The notes under the pieces are model-generated. The model did not search any database and was not told the origin of the DNA. It was given only the letters and a program-made list of their open reading frames with translations. Made by a program: the position numbers and the translations under genes. From Tubulanus polymorphus (taxonomy: Eukaryota > Animalia > Nemertea), in assembly GCF_964204645.1 (NCBI RefSeq), contig NC_134034.1, positions 8,816,962 through 8,880,961 of the forward strand: a stretch of DNA of 64,000 bases, read 5' to 3'. Within the stretch, counting starts at the first letter, position 1; each line of letters begins with the position of its first letter. Positions 1-11,450 of this stretch are shown piece after piece.

Positions 1-539
1 ATGAATACATTTCGCTCCGAACCTAAGAATTATCTTGATCTTTTAACATACGTGATTGATAGAAATAACAAACGTTAGCTGCGAGTCTCGTTATGCTGGA
101 GTCCATTATGAGTTTTCCGGTTTGCCCGGCTACCCGTACTGGCGGGGTAGTCTAGAGAGGCTAATGAAAACTCCGGTTTGCTGAACCACCCCTCTTTGCG
201 GGGATGCGGTATGATGTTTGATGTGACAGTTTCAAGTGGTTAATGGCTGTTTCAAGTGCTTACAACGATGCTTATTACTTCGTGGTACATGGTGGTTTAA
301 AAAAAGATTTCATAATAATACGCTCACCGCGTGGGCTTCGTAGTAAGACCACTGCCTGTGGCCTTCCCAAATTTTAATTGTCCTGTCCGATTTAGGTTTC
401 ATCCAATTGAGAGACTGCCTTTTCCAGTTAGGGCATTTTTGGATCACGTCACTCCAGGAAATGACTTAACGCTTTTGGGCCCCTTCGTCGGTTCCACATG
501 TTTCATTTGAGCTATAGACCACAATGGTGACACCATGAT

Positions 540-905
540 GGTCAGTAACTGACCAATTGAGATATCCCCGAGTCTGACCACTTGGCTTCGAATTTCGGAA
601 ATTTATCATGTAATGTTTGTTTTCAAACCTCTAAGGAATCATCATTGCAAATTCATCACTGACCATCACTGACCACCAATGACCAATTCAAACTTCTCGA
701 ATATGAAAACGTTATACCGCGTTATGGTGTCAAACTAGAAAGGATTCGCCATTGAAAATTCATAAATTGACCATCACTGACCACCACTGACCAATTGAAA
801 CTTCTTGAAAGAACGATATACCGGTACCGCTTTTGGTGTGAAACTAGAAAGGATTCGCCATTAAAATTCATAAATTGACCATCACTGACCACCAGCGAAA
901 CTTCT
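540..905. repeat. Degenerate tandem repeat (~113-bp unit, core TGACCATCACTGACCACCACTGACCAATTGAAACTTCT)
   Basis: Core recurs at ~660, ~769 and ~877, with shared AAACTAGAAAGGATTCGCCATT segments. Confidence 0.7.
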
Positions 906-2263
906 CAAATATCGTGCTCGAATTCGAAAGTGCTTGTCGTCGTATTGCTATTTCTAGAAACCAGCAGAAAGTTTTGCTACTGTTTTTGAATGGCGTTGAC
1001 ATGATGGAAATTTATTACCCATAAATGGGTTACACATCTGGATCACAGCACCTCACTTGCCGCAGTGCGTTATTTTCACTGCATAGTAATGCTAATACAT
1101 AAACTTTTTTACTACTTGACTCGAATCATCTGAACAGTACTGCGTTTGAAAACTCAACGAATAGAAAATATTTGCGGGATGCGCCTACAAATAAGTTATA
1201 ATAAGATTAATTAATCGATGCATGAAAAACAATTAAATCACAAGGTGACTAACACCCGTCTTTCAACCAATCTGCGCGATACCAATTAATTAAATCATTA
1301 AACGCATTGGGTTCCTAATATTTGAAATCATGTGATACAATAGTTGTTATTTAGACTTGGCCACTTTCATTTCAGAAAACCGCGTACTAGACCAGTGGTC
1401 ACCGAGGCATTAACCATTCCTTCAAGTTTTGAAAATTCGATGGTAACGCGGATTCTTCGCCTCTAAAAACTGTTTCGTTAATAGTTGTCTTTATATTAAA
1501 AGTGTTCATAGGAATTGAAATTTGGAGCGATATCAGTCACAGCTGTAACCCTTTTTCATTGTCAGTTCTTTTTTGGAATTCAAGTAGATTAGTGAAAATA
1601 TCAATGATGAAGTTCACTTATTATATCAAGTACCGTTTTTACTGTCGCATGCGAGTCGAAACAAAAAGATCTATCCAACTGCATATGTTCGGGTATAACC
1701 TGTGATATCCTTCAGTATGTTATGAATATCTTTAAAAATTTGTGTTCTAGTATAATACCCGAAGGTTTAACTATCGGACACATAAAAGATTCGCCATAAT
1801 CAAAGTTTTTAAGAAAATCTTTCTTCGAGAAAGAAAGATCTTTAAGAGAACGATTGGCGTCAAACTAATCCATAATGGACTGTTGTGAATTTATTGAATA
1901 ATCCACCTGAGAAATTTTGAGATTTCGAAGCGAAATAAAAGCGAATAAATCAAAAATGCATAAATAACTTGACGTTATTTGCGGGTCTCATGAAACACTT
2001 TCGTGCGCTCTTTTTAAATCTAAAATAGCATAAATACATGCGTGTTTCGTTATAAACAAGGTTAAATTCCAAGCGCACATGAAATATGGAGCCTGTATCT
2101 CACACGATATACACATCTTGAATTTTCTCAAACTACCTAGGCCCTTTCCAAATGGGAATTGTTCAGTTTTTTAACGGCCGACATTCAGAGGCACCTAAAA
2201 AACCGGTTGTATAGCACTTGAAATTTTCAGTGTGGCGCTAGCTAGCGCGTGAGGCGGTGTTTT

Positions 2264-2331
2264 ATTTCAGGAAATGAATTGTGGAAACAGCCAATCAAAT
2301 CCACGGATATCCACAATTCATTTCCTGAAAT
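2264..2331. promoter_or_regulatory. 22-bp perfect inverted repeat enclosing a CCAAT box, in the likely promoter of the downstream spliced transposon gene
   Basis: ATTTCAGGAAATGAATTGTGGA (2264-2285) / TCCACAATTCATTTCCTGAAAT (2310-2331); second CCAAT and TGACGT nearby; donor-like GTAAGT at ~2510. Confidence 0.45.
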
Positions 2332-5204
2332 TTCCTGAAATTGACCAATCGCTGTGCTTGTTAGCGGTGACGTAATTTCGGGATATACCGATGAAGAGCG
2401 CCATATTTGGTTTTCCGATCGTAAACACACAGCGCAGTTACCAGGTTACAGTCACAGAAAGCAGACTAATTCGTTCCAGATCATCTGATTAAATTACCCG
2501 ATTATCACGTAAGTGTATGAATTCAGTACTTCCAACATCCGAGGTTTCATACCCGATTAAATCTTTTATCGCAAATGCTTGATTATGCCAATTTTTTGGC
2601 GAAAAACTTCTTACTTTTCACTCGCAAATTCAATCAACTTCAATTTATTACAATTATTTTGGGTTAGCCTATCATTCATCATCAAAATGTGAATCGTGAA
2701 CACTAGAAAAGCGAGTGAGTAGAAGTTTTCACTAGAAGGCATTACAGATTGTTTCATTTTTCCATTCCGTGATATTTTGTCATTTCTGTTACTGGCCCTA
2801 AGTCCTTGTTTTATTTAGGCCTACTTTCGTGCGTGGAATAGGTCGATTATCAGCCCAAAAATGGAACAGCCCTTCCTAGCAAATCATTCAGTATTTCCAG
2901 CGTCGTAACTGCGTATTAGCCTATGGGTCCGTAAATTCCTTGATGCGCTATGAATTCAAAAAATCTAGAATCCAGGCCAGGGGTAAAATCTAAAATTCTG
3001 ACTAAGCATTCCCCTTAAAATTCCTATCATCCCCCCTTGAATTATATAAATTAAAAATCTTCAATTGTCTAAATCTTTTTTCAACTCAATTTGTGAATGC
3101 GACCCTCCCTGTACTTATGCATATAGGCCATTGACCAGAAATCTCTCCCTACAACTTGCAATTAACTTGAAACAACAGTCACAATGATACAACAGCCATT
3201 GGCTGTCTCTATTATTGTTTTGTGTATTCTGTGAAAGGTCAATATAAGTGGGAGTTTATTATATCCCTTTATTATGACAGGCATTGTGCTCACAAAGACT
3301 TGGTTATCAAAACATAGGCCAATGTGGTTATCAATTCAAATGTTTTGATTTCCAATGACAATAAAGCCCTAGCTTGCTAATTTCTCAATAACTTAGTTGA
3401 TGTAATTACTTTCATATGTAAGATGAAAATTGAAATTATGTTAAACTAGACCCTTAAAATTTGTTCGATGTTTAATTGATGTTTCTCTTTTTGTTCTAGC
3501 ATGGAACCAATTTTCCGTCGCCTAAAAAATCGTACGATCGACACGTTTGACACCGATGCCGCCAAGAACCATAAAAGCACTAGTGGTTGGGCAACTCAGG
3601 ACCCTGCGGAGAAAGTTTTGGCGGATGCGATGCGCCGGGTTGCCCAGGCCGGAGGAGATCAGTCAAACCCGAAACATTTGTTAGGCCAGTATACACTTCA
3701 GTTTGGTAAGTTTAGGGGTAAGAGATTTCAGTGGATACTCTCTAATGCTCTTGGCTTCGCAGTAAACCTCTACGTCATGGATGAATGTGAGAAGCGAAAA
3801 CCACATCCCAAGATAGACCACAAGAACCATGCCGACAACAAGAAAGCCCTCTTCAAATACATGAGGCTGTTTCCCGAAGCCAAGGAAGCGATTGAGAGGA
3901 GGAGAGCTGTCCATCAAGAGCGTGTGAAACCTACGATTTCAAGTAAGTCAAGTTTTCAATATACAGTCGGATCGTTTGATATCAGAGTTGTTTTGTGCTT
4001 GTACTATTTATGAAAATTTTTTTATTTTCACAGAAGCTCGTCAGACTCAACCAGCTGGGAGCCAACCAACTGTGACAACTAGGAGGAGTCGCCCATTTGC
4101 TACAACCAGGAGCCAACAAACTGCGACAACTAGGAGTCAACCCAGCTCATCGACTACAACTGAGAACGTCTCGATGCCGTCTGTTCTGTGGTGGTCGGTC
4201 GTCACCGTCGCCGCACAATTTGGAGTCGTTCCTATAGACAAATGTTATGATCAATCGTATCGTTAAGCGCACTGAAAGGGTTCATATATTACTTTGAAGA
4301 TGATCAAGTAAAAAAGAGAGAAAGAGGGCTTTTGGTGGCCAAGCAAAAAACATTTTGAGGTTAATTGCGAGTCAGTAACTCATAAACTAGTTTCCTTAGT
4401 TAAAAGCGATTTTTCGGAGATTAATTCCGATTTTGTAACCCGGAATAGACAAAATCACATGATGATGATGATCTACTGACAAGTGTCATCACTCTTGAAG
4501 CGCAGTTATCTGGTAATATATCTTAATTCTAATGATATTTTTATTGTAGATTCAATTGATACATCATGAGATAAACATCCTACAAATTTTTGCAGTGTTT
4601 TGGACGGATTGTAAAGATTCCATCCAAGTTAACCGCAGTCCTCCCTTTCGGCCATCCACTCCTAGTAATTGTAGCCATATTGTAACATTTAATCATTTAT
4701 TTCTCAAAATTTACAGTTTATATCTGGATAAGTTGGTAAGATTAATGTTGTGTAGGGTTCCTAGAATATGCTTTTATAAATGTGTAGCTATTGTAAAATG
4801 GTATTTTCTTCCTATCTATTTTAATGTAACTATTTCTTTATAAAAACTGGGTAATCATGCTTTATATGTATGCAGTACTGTCTCTTTATTACATAATCCA
4901 TCTTTATGATATTGGTATATAGTTGCTATAATGGACATTATGAATATGATAACACGCACACTCTCTCTGTCTCTCTCTGTCACTTGCAAAATGCAACACT
5001 TCTATCCTCTCCTGCTTAATAGGCCTAACTTATTTTTTACAGTGATTTCTCTTTTGTAATCTCATTTTTCCAGTGAGTCACTCTTATTCCTCATTTATAG
5101 GCATTTAGATGGTAACATTACAGTGATGCGGTTTTCTTTTGTTCCTTTTGTCTATCATTCTGTTTTTGTTTAATATTTCAGTGAAATTGTACCGGACTTT
5201 ATGA

Positions 5205-7581
5205 CGGTTCCTGAACTTCGCTTACAAAGCTGAAACACTGAAAAGCTGAAACGCTGAAATAAAAACGCTGAAATTTCAGGGAATTTCCGAAAAACGCCGA
5301 AATTTCAGGGAATTCCCGAAAAACGCTGAAATCGTGCTAGGTACCGACAATACACGTTTTGAAATTTTTTCCGGGCCGGTGTCCGCTGACGAGTCCTGAA
5401 CAGTGTTTTATGCTCTACCTTCGGTTACAGAGACATGCCTTAAGGTCGTCGTCATGATCGACTTGATCGATTGCAGATTGCGTGGATTGTTAGATGTGTT
5501 TTTTGCCATAGTTTTATGTGCATATACCGGTACGATCTAACAATGAAGTTATCACTTCATTTGAATAAATTCTTAATCACAGTAATATTAATTCACAATA
5601 TTTTTTCTTATGTTTGGTGATTTCTTGCAACTTATCATTGCCAAGTCTCATACAAGTAGTAGCTGAATGAAAGTACAGTTAGGCTGAACCTGATAACCCA
5701 AATTAAGTGCTAGCATGGAACTAATGATTATTTTGATTCTATTTTCGGTGTCATTGAAATTCGTTAAGAAAGGTTCAACCGTCATAGTATACTGTACTTA
5801 GCATTGCTACAATTGGGTGCCATATTTCTACAATTTCTACAAGGAGGAAGGAATCTTTAAGTGTCTTTGTTCCCGGGTAGGGTACGGGGTAAAACCTGGT
5901 TCACTTTCTCTTTCGACTTGCCGGAGACTACTATCTGCAATGTATTGCATGCTTTGATGTGTCTGGCCTATAGGAGTCGAACGATATTTTTTCCCCATAC
6001 ACAGGCTTGGCTTTAGTGTAGATGAAGGCTAGGCACTGCACATTGTGGATTGACTGGAACTCTTAACTCACAAAATTAAACGAGTCAACAAGAAAGATCC
6101 AATAATTGGACATTTGTCTAACTATATTATTTAACAGCTTGAAATAAAACATAACACATTCTGCAAGAGTATACAAAGGAAATCAGTTCTTACATTATAT
6201 CAGAATCAATAGTTCGCTTAACTCTGGCTAGAATTCTGGTTCCATTGCTTCATATTCTAATGAAATCCACTAGTATACCTTAGAATATCGCTTAGCTTAA
6301 GACTAAAAATTTGGTACCAGGAAACAGGGAAGAAAAGTGGGTGTACTGTACATCCGCAATTGACTTATTTCTCTCAGGTTGAATCAAGTTATTATTGAAA
6401 TAGCATTCGAATAGCCATTTTATTTTTAAAAATTGTGTCGTTCAGCTATCCTGCTGCAAATTTCGCAGTTGAAGTTTACTGGTGCCATCTGATTTCTCAG
6501 TATCTCAAAACATTTGCACATTCTAAGCCTGAATCTAAAAATAGAAAAAGGTGCATTTTAGTCGGATATAAAAGAATAGTGGCTAATGCACCCTGGACTA
6601 TATAGCCTATGGGGTGGGCCTAGTTTGAAAGCACTGAGGTCCGAGAGAACAGCACTTAGTAAATAAATACTGAAATTAAACTTACAAAACACCCAGTACT
6701 TGAGATGATGTACTTGACAAGAAATGTCACCAGCTAAGCAAATCAACTTTGTCTATGACTCCTCCTTTTATAGATTCAGTAGTAGTCTAAAAATAAGAAT
6801 CGGTACATTTTTCTAACAGTTGGTATGTCATTTCTTCAAAAAAACTAATTATTATCACGCCACAGCAAATAAATTATTCACAGTTGTTGAATGGTTAGCC
6901 CGATTTAGATTAATTGGTTGACGCTAATCAGTATGACCCATACGTAGGGGCCTACTGCATGCCATTGGCGTCAATCCATTCCATTCCATTCCACAGTGAA
7001 TTAAAAAGAAATTTAGTTAGATCCCTTTTGTCCAAAAGCTGCATCATTTATATAACTAGCTGTCAAATTTAATGTACCTCCTTCAGAGAATACCATAGTG
7101 ACATAGTCCGTCGCCCATCAACGTGTTGACAAAAGAAAAGTTGCTGCATGTTTTATACATGAACGTTCAAATAAGATATTTTGCGTCTTGCAGGGAATAT
7201 TGAGCATAGTGTTAAAGTTGGCTTGCACGGTTTGTGAATGGGTTTTCCTCATTATGCTGCCTGTATGCATTAAAAATCCGGATTTCAAGCGAATTAATTT
7301 GTCCAACAAGTGGCCCTCTAGAAGTATACTCCACACATACTGTCCATGCATGTCTCTGTAACCGAAGGTAGAGACTAAAACACGGTTCAGGACTCGGCAG
7401 CGGACACCGGCCCGGAAAATATTTCAAAACGTGTATTGTTGGTACCTAGCACGATTTCAGCGTTTTTTGGGAATTCCCTGAAATTTCGGCGTTTTTCGGA
7501 AATTCCCTGAAATTTCAGCGTTTTTATTTCAGCGTTTCAGCGTTTCAGTGATTCAGCTTTTTCAGCGAAGTTCAGGAACCG
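5205..7581. mobile_element. Non-autonomous MULE/foldback-like DNA transposon with ~234-bp TIRs
   Basis: TIRs 5205-5438 and 7348-7581 with internal GCTGAAA repeats; 10-bp TSD GACTTTATGA at 5195-5204 and 7582-7591; no internal coding capacity. Confidence 0.9.
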
Positions 7582-7686
7582 GACTTTATGATGATTTAAA
7601 ATTCTTATGCTATAAACCTCAATCATGAATGAGATAGTAAATTCATATTCTATTTTTCTCTATCTAGCCTCTCAGACAACACGGAC

Positions 7687-7783
7687 TACAGCGACTACGA
7701 CTACACCGACCACGACTACTACTACTACTACACCGACCACGACTACTACTACTACTACTACTACTACACCGACTACGACAACC
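7687..7783 (+). repeat. (ACT/ACG/ACC)n microsatellite encoding poly-Thr
   Basis: Trinucleotide array seen directly. Confidence 0.9.
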
Positions 7784-8073
7784 GCGATCGATAACGACCA
7801 CCGCTTGCTTTTACCAGAATGGCTTAAAGCTCTGTCCGAATAGAACAGAGGTGGATCACCAAAACCCTCTTCATGAAAACCAAGAGTGGGAGGCTGGAGA
7901 TGGATTTTAGCCGCGTCAATCAGCTGAAGAAGAAGTGAAGCTCGATTTGTGACAGGATTCCAGGACTGGAGATCAACTGTGCGTATAGCGTAGATATGGG
8001 TATGTGTGCCTGGTAAAATCTTTCAGAAATTACTCGATTTTGACATTTTCATGCAGCTATCAACCTGCTGTCT

Positions 8074-8210
8074 GTACAACCCCTCAGTTTGATGTCCGAC
8101 AGACATTCGATCACCTCACCATTTGGGAAAAATCGTGGTTTGTCCAGACTTAGCCATTCAAAAAGGTGATCGTCTGAAGGGCTAGGCACAGACAACAGAT
8201 TGACAGCTGC
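8074..8210. mobile_element. Small MITE-like inverted repeat
   Basis: GCAGCTATCAACCTGCTGTCTGT...ACAGACAACAGATTGACAGCTGC imperfect inverted arms. Confidence 0.5.
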
Positions 8211-9066
8211 ACAAATCTAACTTTGTGACAGTTTATGTGAAAATTTGTGAAAAATCTAAGGACCATGTGAAAGAAATATAAAATTGTATCCAGAATTTTC
8301 CTTAGATTGTAACAAGTTTTGAAAAACCCATGATGAATTTCAGGCTTTCTTCATCACACTGGACTGATTGTTTATAATTTATTTAGTTTGATGGTTTATT
8401 ATTTTATAATTGTTTATTAATAATTGGCAGTTTTAATTTTGAGTTTTATTTTTTAAATTCGAATCTTTTATTTTTTTTATACTAGAATAGGGATTCCAGA
8501 AATATTTGGTTGATTTAATGGTAGTTCAACTTTAGGAAATTCACCATAAAATTTGAAATTTGTAGTTCGATTCAGTGGTAGTTTGACTTAAGAAATTTCA
8601 CTCTAACATTTAGAATTTGTAGTTTAGTAGTAGAACTTATTTTAAACTAGAAGTCCCTCAAAATTGTAATTTTTCAATTCAGTGTATATGTCCAAAATTG
8701 TAATTTTTCGATTGAGTGTGTATGTCCATTGTGCTTAGAAGCCTGCCTGTTATGCAAATGACAAACTATGAAATTTTTAATGCTGCCTACTATGTCAAAA
8801 ACATGGTAGAAGGTTCCAAGCCCTTAAAAAGCAGAGGAGAGATTTTATAGAAAAAGGTATCATTTATTTAGTTGTCAGGTCATTTTTCACTGATAAAATG
8901 AGCTGAGAATATGAAGATTGGCAGGATGGAAATAAACTAATTAAAACTCATTAATCTACTCCCAGATTCGAACCACTAACCCCTCAATAGTACGGGATTC
9001 CCTTTGCCGAGTGAATGGAAGTTCAAGTACTGTAGTGGTTTGCATCTAGCAGTACCCCTCCGGCAT

Positions 9067-9744
9067 TCAGGAAACGCAACCGAGCCGAGTGAGTCGAAGT
9101 TTCTGACCAGGTGAAAGATCTAATGGCTGGTCAACCGCAGACACACCCAAGGACAGGTCCAGTGGAAAAATTGGTACGGATGTGCCCAAAGATCCGCCCA
9201 ACAATTGCCCAGCTGCAGTTGTGTCAACAGACGATGGTCTATCCGCCAACAATGGGGACAGGTCTAATGGCTGCTCTGTGTCCAATGGACGTTCGGCATC
9301 CCCTGTAGGTGAATCAGGTGGCACCGAACAACAGCACGAAAAACTCGAGCTGCCTGAGCAGGTCGAACCAGCCGATGAAGCCCGCGTGATAAGCTGGTCA
9401 GTCCCTATCGGGCTACAACGGTTCGAATCCGTACCCGATGAATTCAGAGTGGGGAAAGAGGGTGCTGAGGGCGGACAAGTGCACCGCATCCGGTCGTAAA
9501 AGACCGCTAGCGTTGGGCACGTGCAGTATAAACAAGTGTCTTGTAACTCAAAGTCCGTTAGCCGGGAATACGGAGTCCCACTATTGTCCCTAGAAGGTGA
9601 CCGTGCTGCAGCTATCGATGTCGGAGCTGCGGGTGTCAAGCGCACCGCAACGAGACACCTCTTTCGGGGTGGGGCACCCAAATAACCAGCGCTACGGCGT
9701 TTGGTTGTAACCCTTACCGTTATCTTACCTTACCGCCCCGACAT
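9067..9744 (-). CDS. Low-complexity accessory protein with three PLDLS (CtBP-binding-type) motifs; probably slightly decayed
   Basis: ORF 9067-9681 has EQPLDLS, FPLDLS, DQPLDLS and a basic PPRKR; the in-frame ATG at 9744 is followed by one stop (MSGR*GK). Confidence 0.5.
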
Positions 9745-10849
9745 AAACAATTGATAATAATATTAATAGAAAGAAAATGTATGATCATCAGTGTTAAGCA
9801 ATCTAGAATCCCTCAAAGTCACTCAAAGTAGCCGTATACCCGCGACCTGTCGGCTACCAATATGTTGTGATCAGGGATAGCGCACAAACTAAAATCCCCC
9901 TGATCCAAGAAAGACGTATCGCTATTGGTTAATCCACCGGGTGGAGGGTTCGAATCCCTCACTGGCTGTCCCACAGCCCCGACGGTGGTGGTACCTTTGG
10001 TGCTGGTTGGGTTCGATTCCCACAGCGGCTCCCTTAGGTGAGCCGGTATTTCCCAACTAGACTTGGGAGCTGGGGCAAGTGTATGTGTTTTATAAACCGT
10101 AGCCCCGCAGTGATCACGCTTCAACCCAACCGACATATATAACAAAAGTGAAATATTAGAATAGCAAACCAATTATTAATTAAATCTGGTTGTATAATAA
10201 TTAAATCATTAATCAATAATTAAATACTTAAATGATAATATTAAACCAATTTAAAAATAGTAATAAATAATTAATTAACAATTAAATACTTGAATGATAA
10301 TATTAAGAAAATTGGCGCCCTCTAGCCAACTCTATTTAGGCTGGGCAAAGAAAATAACCATTCGCGTCTTTATCCCCAAAAATGAAGTCGTTCGGGTTCG
10401 CGAAATCCCGAAAAAAGTGTACCCAGAACGGGTCGAACTTGTCTGGCACCTTAACCAGCCGTACTCTGCGTCGGCGTTCCGAGGGGTTCAAATCCCCAAA
10501 GGTGACCAGAGCTGGCGCCTCGTGCTGTGTAGCACGTGGGTTTGGTTCCCACAAGGGCTCAGCGGGGGCGACCGAGGTGAGCGGTGGGTTCGTATCCCAC
10601 AATGGCTCCTGATTGTCTTCAATCAAACGTAATGCCTTTGGTATCGGTGAGTTAGAATCCCACAAAGGCTCCTGATTATCTTCAATCAAACCTAATGCCT
10701 TTGGTATCAGTGGGTTAGAATCCCACAAAGGCTCCCGGTGCTCTTCCTGTATTTCGAAAGGCTTAATCGGTGGGTTCGAATCCCACAATGGTTCCCGATA
10801 CTCATCCGGGATCTGAAATGGTCGTGCACGGGGTGGGTTCGAATCCCAC
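9418..10849 (+). repeat. Array of 11 tRNA T-arm / Pol III B-box-like hairpins
   Basis: Stem-TTCGAAT-stem units at 9418, 9944, 10008, 10391, 10483, 10536, 10584, 10647, 10710, 10770, 10833. Confidence 0.8.
9819..10172 (-). CDS. Small accessory protein, paralog of the adjacent WDSNP-repeat protein
   Basis: Shares xHCGA and W/F-EIP..REPLW(D/E)SNP motifs with ORF 10336-10980; GC-rich island bounded by AT-rich spacers. Confidence 0.5.
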   Translation of the reverse strand: MVCYSNISLLLYMSVGLKRDHCGATVYKTHTLAPAPKSSWEIPAHLREPLWESNPTSTKGTTTVGAVGQPVRDSNPPPGGLTNSDTSFLDQGDFSLCAIPDHNILVADRSRVYGYFE

Positions 10850-10980
10850 AATGCCTGTGTCGGCCTGTTTACTGGAGTGCGGCGCTTCTTTGAAAAAGCG
10901 TTCTTCGCACCACAGTGTGAACAAATAAAAATTCGAACCATTAAAATTAATAAATTACAAATAATAAAAGCTCGACACAA
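10336..10980 (-). CDS. CxHC + EPLWDSNP-repeat protein (likely start MVRIF at 10941)
   Basis: Six to eight repeats whose spacings (63,60,63,63,48,54,90 nt) are all multiples of 3. Confidence 0.55.
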   Translation of the reverse strand: MCRAFIICNLLILMVRIFICSHCGAKNAFSKKRRTPVNRPTQALWDSNPPRARPFQIPDEYREPLWDSNPPIKPFEIQEEHREPLWDSNPLIPKALGLIEDNQEPLWDSNSPIPKALRLIEDNQEPLWDTNPPLTSVAPAEPLWEPNPRATQHEAPALVTFGDLNPSERRRRVRLVKVPDKFDPFWVHFFRDFANPNDFIFGDKDANGYFLCPA

Positions 10981-10994
10981 TAATTAATCAATAT

Positions 10995-11007
10995 GGTTTC
11001 GGCACCA
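10995..11007 (-). promoter_or_regulatory. Primer-binding site complementary to the tRNA-Phe 3' end
   Basis: Minus strand reads ...TATCA-C-TGGTGCCGAAACC; plus strand GGTTTCGGCACCA matches the eukaryotic tRNA-Phe 3' end including CCA. Confidence 0.7.
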
Positions 11008-11008
11008 G

Positions 11009-11450
11009 TGATACACCGGTCACAATCCTCTCTTTAATCGTTATCTATAAAATACTTGTGTAAGGCCCTGGCGAGAGAACGTGTCCGTGCACAAATCCGA
11101 ATGAATAAATTGAAATACCGGATGATAATATTGAAGATAATATATTTTATTTACTTTGAACCTGAGAATGATTTTCCTAATCCCTATTATATGAATCCCT
11201 ATCGTTCCGAAGCTTCTCCTGTCCTGCTGTCGACACTCGTCTTACTAAGGTACAGATTCTCCCAATTGACTGCTCTCTCAAGATGCGGGTCCCTTTTATA
11301 GAAAGAATCGGCATTCTTAAAATACCGACTCTCCCACTCGACTTTTGGCAAGGAGCAGCAACCTTACTGTCATGACTGTTTTGGTCATATAGAATTTGGC
11401 CTTAATGATTCGCTGATCTAAAATTATTTTCAAAACTGATTTGCTAAACT
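11009..11450 (-). repeat. Probable LTR (3' end defined, 5' boundary uncertain; no partner found in window)
   Basis: Ends in CA 1 nt before the PBS; minus-strand TATAAAA (11300-11294) and AATAAA (11151-11146) in U3-R-U5 order. Confidence 0.5.

Larger units (their letters stand above)
3501..7900 (+). pseudogene. Spliced relic of a DUF6729-type transposon-associated protein, N-terminal part only
   Basis: Exon 3501-~3943 has LADAMRRV..GGD..LGQYTLQFGKFRGKRFQWIL; a later exon (~7670-7880) has a Thr microsatellite then LLLPEW..EQRWITKTLF, broken by a frameshift. Family assignment is from remembered motifs. Confidence 0.5.

Noticed and set aside
60-370. Structured GC-richer segment, possibly a SINE or ribozyme
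   Set aside because: Hairpins are present but I could not match a convincing promoter box or ribozyme core
9418-10849. Bona fide tRNA gene cluster
   Set aside because: Only T-arms and partial acceptor stems; no consistent D and anticodon arms or A-boxes at tRNA spacing
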